A program made the translations under genes and the position numbers. Below, in pieces: positions 8,636-18,018 of a stretch of DNA of 64,000 nucleotides. This DNA is from Klebsiella phage HMGUkp2, in sequence record PV683292.1; one strand, written 5' to 3'. The notes under the pieces are model-generated. The model did not search any database and was not told where the DNA came from. It was given only the letters and a program-made list of their open reading frames with translations. The first letter of the stretch is position 1; each line of letters starts with the position of its first letter.

Positions 8636-9322
8636 ATGAATGGCCCAAAAACTTTTAATTCACAGGCGCAAGATGTAGGTCGTTTCGCTATGGGTATCTC
8701 TAACGAAGTGATCAAAAATGAAACAATGTTCTTTAACTGTGATTTGGCTTTTGCCTGGAAACATGGCGGTCCTATCACTCGTAGCTTCATCGATAATCTT
8801 CCTGTCGACTGGCGTTATGATGCAGTGGTTATCGATACCCGAATCCATATGCTGATGCCTGGCTGGTATCCTGCTATCCCTGGTTATCATCATGATGACG
8901 TGCCGCGTCCTGATATTCCGACCGGTCAACATTTCTTAACTGCAGGTCAACCTGATTATGACAACCCTCGCTATCGTTCCGAGCATATTATTGGTCTTGC
9001 TAATGCTGATATTTGTCCCACTCATTTTGCTACCGGTGTGGCTGAGTTTTCTGAAGTTCCTGAAGGTGCGACTATTTACAAGCACTGGCATCCAGAAGTC
9101 TTACGTCACATCGAAGACGGTAATCTTAAGCAATGGGAAGCTCCGGACCGTACATTACTTCAATTCAACCATGATACCTGGCACACCGGTTCTAAAGCGG
9201 TTCTTAACGGCTGGCGCTGGTTCGGTCGAGTCTCCAGAAATACAGACCGTGTCAAAAAGATCACAAACGAAATCCGAGTGAATGCTCAGGTTTATCTTGA
9301 GTTCCCTATGGAAGGATGGTAA
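8636..9322 (+). CDS. hypothetical protein, His/Asp-rich (possible metal-dependent enzyme)
   Basis: 228 aa; YHHDD, HWHPE, HDTWH clusters; no confident family. Confidence 0.45.
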   Translation: MNGPKTFNSQAQDVGRFAMGISNEVIKNETMFFNCDLAFAWKHGGPITRSFIDNLPVDWRYDAVVIDTRIHMLMPGWYPAIPGYHHDDVPRPDIPTGQHFLTAGQPDYDNPRYRSEHIIGLANADICPTHFATGVAEFSEVPEGATIYKHWHPEVLRHIEDGNLKQWEAPDRTLLQFNHDTWHTGSKAVLNGWRWFGRVSRNTDRVKKITNEIRVNAQVYLEFPMEGW

Positions 9323-9732
9323 TGACTATCTATCGTAATGAGTATGATAAGGACACTGTTGGCGTCCGTAATATTGACCCAAGAATGGCTGGAGTCTTGA
9401 AAGAAATGGCCGAATATAAAGAATACAATGTAGAATATCCTCAGACCTTTGTAGATAATTGTTCTAAAGTCGGTAGTTTTATCGGGCCGTTTTTAAGTGT
9501 ATCTTTATTTCTCTATTGTAATTGGACCGTTTTTACAGCACTGGAACTAGTTTTGCTTTCTGCTTTAGTGAGTGTTATGGGTACTCTTAGTGGGTTGCTG
9601 ATTGGTGGCGCTATAGGATGCGGTATTGCCGGAATCATCGCCGGGTTCAGAAAAACCAAACATGACAAACTTAAGCAGCAGCAAGCTAAAGACGCTGAGT
9701 TCGCAAACTGGATTAAAGGATGTAGAAAATGA
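9316..9732 (+). CDS. membrane protein, paralog A (C-terminal FANWIKGCRK)
   Basis: 138 aa; hydrophobic core. Confidence 0.5.
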   Translation: MVMTIYRNEYDKDTVGVRNIDPRMAGVLKEMAEYKEYNVEYPQTFVDNCSKVGSFIGPFLSVSLFLYCNWTVFTALELVLLSALVSVMGTLSGLLIGGAIGCGIAGIIAGFRKTKHDKLKQQQAKDAEFANWIKGCRK

Positions 9733-10028
9733 ATGCTATGAGTAGCCGTCGCCCACGTACTTGGATTGATGATGACGAGGCAGGATTTAAGATTGGCTTT
9801 GCTCTTATTTTTATTAACCTTGGAGCACTAGGCCTTTATAGCCTATTTAGCCCAATTCCGCTTGTATGGGTATTTGTTACAGCGATCAGTATTTTAGTAT
9901 TTCCACTAGTAGCTGCTATTCTTGTACATCTTTTCGCAATTATTCTTGATAAGATATACGCGAAAAAATACAAGAAATATGTTGAAGAACGTAACTTTAT
10001 GAACTGGGTCAAAGGATGTAGAAAATGA
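9729..10028 (+). CDS. membrane protein, paralog B (C-terminal FMNWVKGCRK)
   Basis: 99 aa; same C-terminal motif as upstream neighbour. Confidence 0.5.
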   Translation: MNAMSSRRPRTWIDDDEAGFKIGFALIFINLGALGLYSLFSPIPLVWVFVTAISILVFPLVAAILVHLFAIILDKIYAKKYKKYVEERNFMNWVKGCRK

Positions 10029-10327
10029 GTGCTCCAACTTATTTGATTTCATTTAAAGATGGCCAGGAAACAGGTCGAATCTACTTTAACTGGGGATGGG
10101 TCCCTCCTTCTCACCAGGAAGTCGGGATTAAAATTCTGAAGTTCATTGAACTCGGCATTCAACCTGGCCAATTAGCAAGTGGTAAACTCGGTGAATGGGA
10201 TACCATTAAAGAAAAGTATTATGGTACTCTGAAACGTGAAAAGTACTATGATATGTATGATGTACTGAAGGCTATTCACTATGGCCTTTATGATGGCGAA
10301 TTTAACGTGAAGGATTATTTTGAATGA
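10025..10327 (+). CDS. hypothetical protein
   Basis: 100 aa. Confidence 0.45.
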   Translation: MSAPTYLISFKDGQETGRIYFNWGWVPPSHQEVGIKILKFIELGIQPGQLASGKLGEWDTIKEKYYGTLKREKYYDMYDVLKAIHYGLYDGEFNVKDYFE

Positions 10328-10770
10328 AAGAATTAAGCGCCGGGATTATGTTCTTTACTAAAGACCATCGTCTGTTCATGGCTCGTATGACCGGCATTAA
10401 GCGTAAAGACGGAAGTTCTCGTTGGGACATTCCTAAAGGTCACGTAGAACCAGGCGAATCTCCTAAAGAAGCTGCTATTCGCGAATGCCGGGAAGAAACA
10501 GGATTTACAGACTTTAATCCTGAAGCCCTGTATGACCTAGGCGAGCACGAGTACGCTCGGAATAAGAATATTCATCTGTTTAGTTATATGCGCTTCGTGG
10601 ACATCGAGAGCTTCAGGAATTGCAAATGCACTGCTTACCACACGTTTGAAGATGGGTCTTCTGTTCCTGAAATGGATGCATTCGCATGCATTAAACCTGA
10701 GATGTGGAAACACGTAATGGGGCCGTCTCTTTACCGTATTATGCAGAAGTTGTATCCTAGCGTAGCGTGA
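10324..10770 (+). CDS. nudE: Nudix hydrolase (T4 NudE/e.1-like)
   Basis: Nudix box GHVEPGESPKEAAIRECREETG; position just upstream of lysozyme as in T4. Confidence 0.85.
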   Translation: MKELSAGIMFFTKDHRLFMARMTGIKRKDGSSRWDIPKGHVEPGESPKEAAIRECREETGFTDFNPEALYDLGEHEYARNKNIHLFSYMRFVDIESFRNCKCTAYHTFEDGSSVPEMDAFACIKPEMWKHVMGPSLYRIMQKLYPSVA

Positions 10771-10797
10771 TAAATACTCCTATCAATAGATAGGAGG
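10769..10797 (+). promoter_or_regulatory. late-promoter-like gATAAATA plus RBS-sequestering hairpin of lysozyme gene
   Basis: TGATAAATA(10768-10776) then stem CTCCTATC(10777-10784)/GATAGGAG(10789-10796) whose 3' arm contains the AGGAGG SD; same logic as published T4 e translational control. Confidence 0.5.
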
Positions 10798-10801
10798 TCC
10801 T

Positions 10802-11296
10802 ATGGACATTTTTGACATGCTTCGTATCGATGAAGGGTACGACAACAAAATTTATAAAGACACTGAAGGTTATTACACGATCGGTATTGGCCAGCTCTTA
10901 ACCAAGAGCCCTGATATTAATGTTGCTAAAGCTGAGCTTGATAAACTAATCGGCCGTAAGTGTAATGGCGTTATCACCCGTGCTGAAGCAGAGAAATTGT
11001 TCTTGAATTCAGTAGACAAGGCCACCCGTGGTATCTTAAGCAACCCAGTTCTGAAGCCTGTATATGAATCTCTTGATGCTGTACGTAAAGCGGCATTAAT
11101 TAATATGGTCTTCCAAATGGGTGTTACTGGCGTCGCAGGGTTCACTAATTCTTTGCGTATGCTTAAAGAGAAACGTTGGGACGATGCAGCAGTTAATTTA
11201 GCCAAATCCCGATGGTATAATCAGACTCCTAACAGAGCAAAACGCGTTATCGCAACATTTAAAACAGGAACTTGGAAAGCATATGAAAACCTATAA
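10802..11296 (+). CDS. e: lysozyme (T4 endolysin e)
   Basis: 164 aa; [33 protein letters not shown] nearly identical to T4 lysozyme N-terminus. Confidence 0.95.
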   Translation: MDIFDMLRIDEGYDNKIYKDTEGYYTIGIGQLLTKSPDINVAKAELDKLIGRKCNGVITRAEAEKLFLNSVDKATRGILSNPVLKPVYESLDAVRKAALINMVFQMGVTGVAGFTNSLRMLKEKRWDDAAVNLAKSRWYNQTPNRAKRVIATFKTGTWKAYENL

Positions 11297-11585
11297 AGAA
11301 TTTATCACCGAAGCGCGAGTAAGTGCGGGTAAATTAGAAGCCGCCGTAAATAAAAAGGCCCATTCATTCCATGATTTGCCCGATAAAGACCGTAAGAAAC
11401 TTGTAAGCCTTTATATTGACAAAGAGCGTATTCTCGCTCTCCCTGGTGCTAATGAAGGTAAACAGGCCAAGCCTTTGAATTCTGTCGAAAAGAAAATTGA
11501 TAACTTTGCTTCTAAGTTCGGTATGTCTATGGATGACCTTCAGCAAGCGGCTATCGAAGCAGCTAAAGCAATTAAAGGTAAATAA
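11283..11585 (+). CDS. internal protein (IP) with capsid-targeting leader [11 protein letters not shown]
   Basis: N-terminal CTS typical of T4 IPI/II/III (cleaved after L/IxE). Confidence 0.6.
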   Translation: MKTYKEFITEARVSAGKLEAAVNKKAHSFHDLPDKDRKKLVSLYIDKERILALPGANEGKQAKPLNSVEKKIDNFASKFGMSMDDLQQAAIEAAKAIKGK

Positions 11586-11643
11586 CAATTTACTTTTACG
11601 ATCGCTGTGATATAGTAGCCTTACAAACTTAATGGAGGCTACT

Positions 11644-12051
11644 ATGACACGTATTAACTTAACTCTTGTTTCTAAACTCGCTGATCAACACCTGATGGCT
11701 GAGTATCGTGAACTGCCACGCATCTTCGGTGCTGTTCGTGATCGTCTGGCTAAAGGACAAGGCTTCAGCGATATTCCTAAAGACTTCCGCCTCGGCGCAG
11801 GTCATGTTAAGTTCTTCTACGATAAAATTGGCTTTTTGTTCTTGCGGCAAAATGCTATTATTGAGGAACTTTTAAAGCGTGGGTTCTAGATTCAAAATAC
11901 CCATGTTGACGTATCGGATATCCCGCTATGTCTAATGAATGATTTTACTCCATCTGAAGCTGACATCGCTTTAAGTCAGGCTCGTTTGGATGAAAAAATT
12001 GCACAAAGGCCTCAGTGGTATAAACATTATGGTAAGGCTATTTACAACTAA
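11644..12051 (+). pseudogene. denV: endonuclease V (denV, pyrimidine-dimer glycosylase) interrupted by in-frame TAG at 11887..11889
   Basis: [30 protein letters not shown] ... [17 protein letters not shown]...[27 protein letters not shown] colinear with T4 DenV across the amber codon, same frame. Confidence 0.8.
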
Positions 12052-12066
12052 GATAAACTTTGATAG

Positions 12067-12092
12067 AATGCTTCTATCAACTTAAAGGATAT
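12067..12092 (+). promoter_or_regulatory. possible MotA-type middle promoter upstream of IP gene
   Basis: aaTGCTTcta then ~12 nt then TATAAA; shared motif aggatataaaatgaaaac also at 12830. Confidence 0.25.
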
Positions 12093-12095
12093 AAA

Positions 12096-12671
12096 ATGAA
12101 AACATATAAAGAATTTATCGCTGAAGCTTCTGCAGGAAAGGTCAATGGCATTAATAAAGATGAGTGGACCTACCGAGGAAACGGCTTTGACCCTAAAACA
12201 GCTCCTATTGAACGATACCTAGCTACAAAGGCTTCTGACTTTAAAAGCTTTGCTTGGGAAGGACTTCGCTGGCGTAACGATCTAAATATTGAAGCTGACG
12301 GACTTAAATTTGCCCATATTCAAGATATTGTTGCCAGTAACTTGGACGCAGCTTTTGTTAAAGCCGATGCAGACCTTCGTCGCTGGAATTTAAAACTGTT
12401 CTCCAAACAGAAAGGCCCGGTGTTTGTGCCTAAAGCTGGTAAATGGGTTATTGACAATAAATTGGCTAAGGCCGTCAACTTCGCCGGTCTTGAATTCGCC
12501 AAGCACAAATCAGCATGGAAAGGTCTTGATGCAATGGCTTTCCGTAAAGAATTCGCCGAGGTTATGGCTAAAGGTGGATTTAAGGCAGATCTAGATACCA
12601 CTAAAGGTACGTTTAAAGACGCTAATATTCAGTACGCCTATGCCGTTGCTAATGCAGCCCGTAATTCCTAA
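12096..12671 (+). CDS. internal protein (IP) with leader [11 protein letters not shown]
   Basis: 191 aa; CTS at N-terminus. Confidence 0.6.
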   Translation: MKTYKEFIAEASAGKVNGINKDEWTYRGNGFDPKTAPIERYLATKASDFKSFAWEGLRWRNDLNIEADGLKFAHIQDIVASNLDAAFVKADADLRRWNLKLFSKQKGPVFVPKAGKWVIDNKLAKAVNFAGLEFAKHKSAWKGLDAMAFRKEFAEVMAKGGFKADLDTTKGTFKDANIQYAYAVANAARNS

Positions 12672-12848
12672 TAAAGCCGAACACGACCTCTCCTCATGAA
12701 CGTCGAGTCCTCTGAGTGAAGTAGCTTTCCCTACCTGTAATAAGGTCGAGCGCAATGCGGTAAGGGGTTTACATAGTGTGTCGATGGATTAAACATGTGC
12801 CAAGGAATGGCCCCATTTAATTTAAATCTTACCATCCTAGGATATAAA

Positions 12849-13163
12849 ATGAAAACTTATAAAGAATTTATCACTGAAGCAAAAGCCCAAAAAGAGCCAA
12901 AGGTATTCCAGATCTGTACACAAGGACATTTGGATAAAGAATTCGTCGATGCTATTGTGTCAAATCTTCGTAAGGAAGGCGTGCAAGTAGATTCAGTTGA
13001 ATGGACCAAAGGCAGTGATAATTTTATTATTACTGTATCTAAAGGTTCTTTGGCTAAAATTAAAAAGTCTTGGGGTGTAATGCGTGCTTATGATCTAAGC
13101 CATGACGGCCCTCAAGCCAAAGTACGAATGAACACCCTTAAAGGCGGGCGAGAATACGTTTAA
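12849..13163 (+). CDS. internal protein (IP) with leader [11 protein letters not shown]
   Basis: 104 aa; CTS. Confidence 0.6.
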   Translation: MKTYKEFITEAKAQKEPKVFQICTQGHLDKEFVDAIVSNLRKEGVQVDSVEWTKGSDNFIITVSKGSLAKIKKSWGVMRAYDLSHDGPQAKVRMNTLKGGREYV

Positions 13164-13240
13164 GTATTATCGTCTAACTTATTAGAAATACTATATGGAC
13201 CACCTAGAGCCAAGGACTGGCCCACAACTTTGGAAATAAT

Positions 13241-13756
13241 ATGAAATACTTAACAGCTCAATATCTATCTCTGATGCATGCTTTTGCAGACCATGCAATC
13301 AGTCGTTTAGATAACCCAGAAAATTCGTGGCAGTACCCTATTGCCATGCTTCAAGAATATGGAACACTACGTCTTGATGGCGGCCGTCAAACCGGTAAAA
13401 CTGAAGCAGTCTCTCAATTTGCTGCAGACTGGCTCTCAGAAGGTAATTCTGTTATTGTCATTGCAAACAAAAGCGAATACGCCCGAGATACTTGCGACCG
13501 TATTAAACGTCGTTGGAAAGTTTTAGAAAGCTTCGATAAAGAAAATGGCATACTAATGCATGATACTGTGCGCAGTTTCCTAGGCGGAAAAGATAAGTTC
13601 CGAGGTGTTTCGCTTAAGCGAACTTTGTTTATAGTTGAAGAACCTATTCGTATCCCAGAGATGTACAAGTTCTATGAAGCCTGGGACGATCTCAAGGCAT
13701 GTTACTCTACAAATAAGCCTAAGTTACCTTTATTTTTCGTTTTGGGGATTCAGTAA
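13241..13756 (+). CDS. P-loop (Walker A GGRQTGKT) protein, hypothetical
   Basis: 171 aa. Confidence 0.4.
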   Translation: MKYLTAQYLSLMHAFADHAISRLDNPENSWQYPIAMLQEYGTLRLDGGRQTGKTEAVSQFAADWLSEGNSVIVIANKSEYARDTCDRIKRRWKVLESFDKENGILMHDTVRSFLGGKDKFRGVSLKRTLFIVEEPIRIPEMYKFYEAWDDLKACYSTNKPKLPLFFVLGIQ

Positions 13757-13992
13757 TGGTTCGTTATATGTTTATGGATGGCCCTTTTAAACAGTCTGTT
13801 ATTCAAACAGAAGCTACTATTGAAGAGCTAAATTCTAAGCCAGATATTGAAATCATATTTGTTACTGGGCCACTTTGTGGCCTGGTATCACGCAGTCTGA
13901 TTTGCTATGACCGAAAACTTATTCGAGCCGTCGAATTGTTTAAAGAACCCATCAAATTAGATATTTCTATCCGCTATACAACCACAGGTTAG
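13756..13992 (+). CDS. hypothetical protein
   Basis: 78 aa. Confidence 0.35.
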   Translation: MVRYMFMDGPFKQSVIQTEATIEELNSKPDIEIIFVTGPLCGLVSRSLICYDRKLIRAVELFKEPIKLDISIRYTTTG

Positions 13993-13993
13993 C

Positions 13994-14224
13994 ATGGCCC
14001 AGGTTATTATTAAAGGTTCAGATAAGGCTATTAAAGCCTTTTGTGATTGGTTCAGTAATAGCGGTGAGCAAGGGCTGATGGAAGCCTGGGCTAGCGACTG
14101 GAACCCAGAAACTATGAAGTATGAAGAAGCAACTTCATACCTTGGTACTCGCGGCTACTCTACAGAAATCGAGTTAGTCGAATACGACAAAGAAACAGAC
14201 GAGGAAATTCCTTATGGCCATTGA
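13994..14224 (+). CDS. hypothetical protein
   Basis: 76 aa. Confidence 0.35.
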   Translation: MAQVIIKGSDKAIKAFCDWFSNSGEQGLMEAWASDWNPETMKYEEATSYLGTRGYSTEIELVEYDKETDEEIPYGH

Positions 14225-14480
14225 AGACATCAAAGGTTACAAACCGCATACTGATGAAAAGATTAATCGTGTTAACGCTATCAAAGATGCCGAGGTCCGT
14301 CTTGGGTTGATTTTCTCGGCCATCGAAGACGAGCTGCGTGAACACGTCCCAGACCAAAGCGATGAAGATTTTAATGCCGATATTCAAGCATTAAATGCTA
14401 TTGTGCTCGCTAAAGATCGCCTTAAAGAAGCTTCTATGTGGGCCTGCCGAGCGGTGTTCCGGCCTGAAGAAAAGTACTAG
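14214..14480 (+). CDS. hypothetical protein
   Basis: 88 aa. Confidence 0.4.
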   Translation: MAIEDIKGYKPHTDEKINRVNAIKDAEVRLGLIFSAIEDELREHVPDQSDEDFNADIQALNAIVLAKDRLKEASMWACRAVFRPEEKY

Positions 14481-14539
14481 TTTACAAGTGTGTAGGAGTA
14501 TGGTATAGTACTTCTACACCAAAATGAGAGGAAATTAAA
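14480..14539 (+). promoter_or_regulatory. early promoter-stem-loop cassette f
   Basis: TAGTTTACAAGTGTGTAGGAGTATGGTATAGTACTTCTACAC. Confidence 0.55.
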
Positions 14540-14998
14540 ATGACTAACATCGATCCAAGCGTTTTCATTCGCCGTAATAAGCTCCGCCGTGTCTTTGAAA
14601 CTACTTTCAAAGATATCAATTCTTCCGTGAAGTCCGCCGCTATTAAGGCCGGAGTTCAACCCTTCTTTATTAAATACTCTAATCATCTGTTGGACCGTGC
14701 TATCCAACGCGATATCGATGAAGAGTATGTATTCGCCCTCTTCAAAAAGATTCATCTTCATGTCGAAGAGATCTCAGAATTCTTGAAATTACCGCCATTA
14801 CCAATCGATACTGCTGATATAGATCCTAATGTAGTATACCGTCCTCAGCGCCTTGAAGTCACTGATGGAACTTTATGGTTGGGTATGACTGTGGATAACC
14901 ATATCCCAGGCCGGTGGTATTCCTTGAAATGCCGTATGGCTTTCGTTAACAATAAACGTTTAAAAGGTAAAATCAGCACATACGTTATTAATCTTTAA
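14540..14998 (+). CDS. regB: RegB sequence-specific endoribonuclease
   Basis: 152 aa; FIRRNKLRR.FE..F..IN...K.AA.KAGV..F.KYS.HLLDRAIQR.IDE.YVF.LF.KI matches T4 RegB. Confidence 0.8.
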   Translation: MTNIDPSVFIRRNKLRRVFETTFKDINSSVKSAAIKAGVQPFFIKYSNHLLDRAIQRDIDEEYVFALFKKIHLHVEEISEFLKLPPLPIDTADIDPNVVYRPQRLEVTDGTLWLGMTVDNHIPGRWYSLKCRMAFVNNKRLKGKISTYVINL

Positions 14999-15007
14999 GA
15001 GGAAAAC

Positions 15008-15547
15008 ATGAAAAAAGCGATACTAGCACTTACGATGCTTTCTGCATCTGTTTTTAGTGCTGAGCACCACTTCAGTAGTGTCCAACTCGATAATTTGCAT
15101 TACGCATATCAATTCGGGGAGCAATTCACTAAGGACGGTAAGTATAAAACTCACGAAACCCGTGATAAGAAAGGACTTGGATACATTATGGCTGCTATAG
15201 CTTGGCAAGAGTCAAGTGCGGGCGTTAATACCGGCAAGAACAAAAAGAAGCACCATGCTTATGGGGTATTTCAAAATTATTTGCCTACGGTCCGTAATAG
15301 AGCTGCACAAAATAACTGGAATCTTTCTGATACAGAAATCAAAAGAATGCTATCAGATCGTAAGCATTCGGCCCGCTGGGCGTATATTGAGCTGAGCTAT
15401 TGGTTAAATATACATAACGGGGACATGCGTAAAGCTATCTCTAGTTATAATGCGGGTTGGAATGTAAAGGCAGGTAATAAGTACGCCTCCCAAGTTATAG
15501 AAAAGGCGAATTATCTTAAATCGCATGAGATTCTAATTAGTGGATAA
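15008..15547 (+). CDS. secreted lytic-transglycosylase (SLT)-like protein
   Basis: Signal peptide; AIAWQESSAG...YGVFQ resembles SLT catalytic motif. Confidence 0.45.
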   Translation: MKKAILALTMLSASVFSAEHHFSSVQLDNLHYAYQFGEQFTKDGKYKTHETRDKKGLGYIMAAIAWQESSAGVNTGKNKKKHHAYGVFQNYLPTVRNRAAQNNWNLSDTEIKRMLSDRKHSARWAYIELSYWLNIHNGDMRKAISSYNAGWNVKAGNKYASQVIEKANYLKSHEILISG

Positions 15548-15550
15548 GAT

Positions 15551-15901
15551 ATGAAAAAATTATCTTTAGCTCTTGGGTTATTTTTATGTTTGGGAGTCAA
15601 TGCGGCACAGAGTACCGATAAATCCAGAATTCTTGAATACGCACATAGGACAGCTAAAGACTACTGTTCGCCAAAAAACGTTCAATGTATAACAGAGTTC
15701 TCTAATCAAGTCATTATGGCCTTTAAAGACGGTCAAATGGATTCGAGATCTCGGTTCCGTGAAAATTCTCTTTCAGATCGTTATGAAAATAGGTTGCTTA
15801 CCACAGAGTGTATTCCTTCTGATGATAAGTATAAAGAAATATGTGAATCTATGGTCGACCGTTTAGTCGACTCATATAATAGAGGTTTAAACTCTAAATG
15901 A
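15551..15901 (+). CDS. secreted/periplasmic protein
   Basis: Signal peptide MKKLSLALGLFLCLGVNAAQ; 116 aa; four Cys. Confidence 0.45.
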   Translation: MKKLSLALGLFLCLGVNAAQSTDKSRILEYAHRTAKDYCSPKNVQCITEFSNQVIMAFKDGQMDSRSRFRENSLSDRYENRLLTTECIPSDDKYKEICESMVDRLVDSYNRGLNSK

Positions 15902-16362
15902 TAACCCAATACATCTCCGGCAATATCGTAGAACTGTTTAAAACCGGGCATCATATCGCGCATGGCTGTAATTGCCATCACCAGATGGGCGCTGGTATAG
16001 CTGGACAGCTTGCTAAAGCCTTTCCACAAGTATTAGAAGCCGATATCCGCGAAACTAAACTTGGCGATCGAGAAAAGCTTGGTTTTATTACTATAGCAAC
16101 AAATAGCCAGCCCGAAGGAACGGCGTATTGCTTCAACTTGTATACTCAATATACTCCTGGTCGGAATCTAGATTACGGTGCCTTGTTGAATGCCTTCAGA
16201 CGTCTTGATATGATATCTGAAAATCAGATCACTCCTCTAACAGTTTATATTCCTCGGATTGGAGCTGGTATCGCCGGCGGTGATTGGGCTAAAATAGAAA
16301 CGATTATTAATATGTTCACTGATCATACTAATATCATCGTAGTGGATTGGGACGGTAAATAA
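15898..16362 (+). CDS. macro-domain protein (ADP-ribose binding/hydrolase)
   Basis: GNIVELFKTGHHIAHGCNCHHQMGAGIAGQLAKAFP and later RIGAGIAGG fit macro domain core. Confidence 0.55.
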   Translation: MITQYISGNIVELFKTGHHIAHGCNCHHQMGAGIAGQLAKAFPQVLEADIRETKLGDREKLGFITIATNSQPEGTAYCFNLYTQYTPGRNLDYGALLNAFRRLDMISENQITPLTVYIPRIGAGIAGGDWAKIETIINMFTDHTNIIVVDWDGK

Positions 16363-16943
16363 TGGCAAGCTTAATTTTTCATTTTGCAACAATGAACGCT
16401 GGAAAATCGGCACACTTATTAATATCCGCTCATAACTACAAAGAACGTGGTATGGGTACATTGATTCTTAAGCCTTCTGTTGACGGCCGGGATTCATCTA
16501 CTGAAGTTGTATCTAGACTTGGGCTTAGACAAGAAGCTAATATCATTACTCCTGATATGGATATATTCGAATTCTTTAAATGGGCCCAGACACAGCGTGA
16601 TATCCACTGTGTATTTGTCGATGAAGCCCAGTTCTTAACTCGTCACCATGTGATAGAACTGTGTAAAATTGTCGATCAATACAACGTTCCTGTGATGGCA
16701 TATGGGCTCCGTACAGATTTCCAAGGTATCTTATTTGAAGGTTCAGAAACATTATTAGCAGTTGCCGATAAGTTAGTAGAACTGAAAGGCGTCTGCCATT
16801 GCGGTCGTAAAGCAACAATGGTCGCGCGTATTGATGAAGAAGGTAATGCTGTACTAGAAGGTGATAAGATTGAATTAGGCGGCGAAGACCGGTATGTTTC
16901 TCTTTGTCGTAAACATTGGTTCGAATTAGTGACTGGAAAATAG
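16362..16943 (+). CDS. tk: thymidine kinase
   Basis: 193 aa; FATMNAGKSAHLL Walker A, VDEAQF, C-terminal CHCGRKATMVAR...LCRKHW zinc site. Confidence 0.85.
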   Translation: MASLIFHFATMNAGKSAHLLISAHNYKERGMGTLILKPSVDGRDSSTEVVSRLGLRQEANIITPDMDIFEFFKWAQTQRDIHCVFVDEAQFLTRHHVIELCKIVDQYNVPVMAYGLRTDFQGILFEGSETLLAVADKLVELKGVCHCGRKATMVARIDEEGNAVLEGDKIELGGEDRYVSLCRKHWFELVTGK

Positions 16944-16944
16944 T

Positions 16945-17076
16945 ATGAAATGGGTGATATGCTATCGTTGTTTACACGTCTATGACTATAATAAGGCTCC
17001 TAAGACTGCGACTAAGCGTCTTAAAAATAAAGAGCCAGAATGTCCTAAATGTAAATGCAAGGTAATTTTTAGCTGA
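16945..17076 (+). CDS. small zinc-ribbon protein (CxxC...CxxC), 43 aa
   Basis: ATG overlaps tk stop region; [12 protein letters not shown]...[14 protein letters not shown]. Confidence 0.35.
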   Translation: MKWVICYRCLHVYDYNKAPKTATKRLKNKEPECPKCKCKVIFS

Positions 17077-17110
17077 TAAATACGTTTGTAAACTAACTCA
17101 AGAGGTGTAT

Positions 17111-17323
17111 ATGAAGCATTTGTCACATAAGCAGCTCCGCAATTTGACTACTTCTCAATTAGATGAAATTCGAGTTGAGGTTGGACACGCTATTTCAGCA
17201 CTTCGTGTTTCTTATAAAGAAACTGATTCTGAAGCGGACTATAAGCGTATGCGTTCTCACGAAAGATACCTCGATGCAGTTAAGGCTGTTTTACAGCATA
17301 AACGTAATACCGGTCAAAAATAG
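17111..17323 (+). CDS. hypothetical protein
   Basis: ATG 17111 after GAGG RBS; 70 aa. Confidence 0.4.
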   Translation: MKHLSHKQLRNLTTSQLDEIRVEVGHAISALRVSYKETDSEADYKRMRSHERYLDAVKAVLQHKRNTGQK

Positions 17324-17331
17324 GAGGCCTT

Positions 17332-17613
17332 ATGGCCTTTAAACGCTCACTTTGTCTCGCCTTAGGTGTTTGCATTAGTCTTCCTGTCGTAGCAACAGAA
17401 ACAGAAGGATTTAATCAATACGTCGAAGGCGCTTTAAAGGTTTACGCCCAGTTCCAAAAACCAAGTAAACAAGAGTCAGAGCAGTTCTATAGCTTTATTA
17501 AAAACAAGTGGTCAACTGTAAGTTGTACAAGCGAATGCTCTGTTACCGGCATCAATGCCGGACTACAGTATGCATCTCAAATGAGGATACCATTAGACCA
17601 TGAAGTTCAATGA
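17332..17613 (+). CDS. secreted protein
   Basis: Signal peptide MAFKRSLCLALGVCISLPVVA; AGGAGG RBS. Confidence 0.45.
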   Translation: MAFKRSLCLALGVCISLPVVATETEGFNQYVEGALKVYAQFQKPSKQESEQFYSFIKNKWSTVSCTSECSVTGINAGLQYASQMRIPLDHEVQ

Positions 17614-17986
17614 GTTTGTAACAGCTGGTAAACCTAATGAAGCGGATAATTATTTAGGTCTTTTAATGGCTTCTGCGTCGTATTTTCATTCGGCGCATTT
17701 TGAAACCAAAAGTTACTCGCGTCATAAAGCCTACGATAACTTTTTTAGCAAGATTCCGGCTTTAACCGATTCTTTTGGAGAAACTTGGCTAGGGTTTTCT
17801 GGAAAGAAATACTCTCCTGCCATCCCTTCTCAAAAAGATCTCCCACCTGATACAATAAAGATGCTTGATCATATCATAAGTGAATCAGAGCGCATCTATG
17901 AAACTATGCCTGGAGCTATTAAAAACATCATTGATGAAATTAATGCTCTTTGCTATCAAACTAAGTATTTGCTTTCATTAGATTAA
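17600..17986 (+). CDS. hypothetical protein
   Basis: 128 aa. Confidence 0.45.
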   Translation: MKFNEFVTAGKPNEADNYLGLLMASASYFHSAHFETKSYSRHKAYDNFFSKIPALTDSFGETWLGFSGKKYSPAIPSQKDLPPDTIKMLDHIISESERIYETMPGAIKNIIDEINALCYQTKYLLSLD

Positions 17987-18018
17987 ATCTTAAGGGGACC
18001 TTTTGGTCCCTTTAGGGG

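Noticed and set aside
12767-12848. GTTTACA at 12767 as another PeSL copy
   Set aside because: No recognisable -10/inverted repeat at the correct spacing; may be a degenerate copy.
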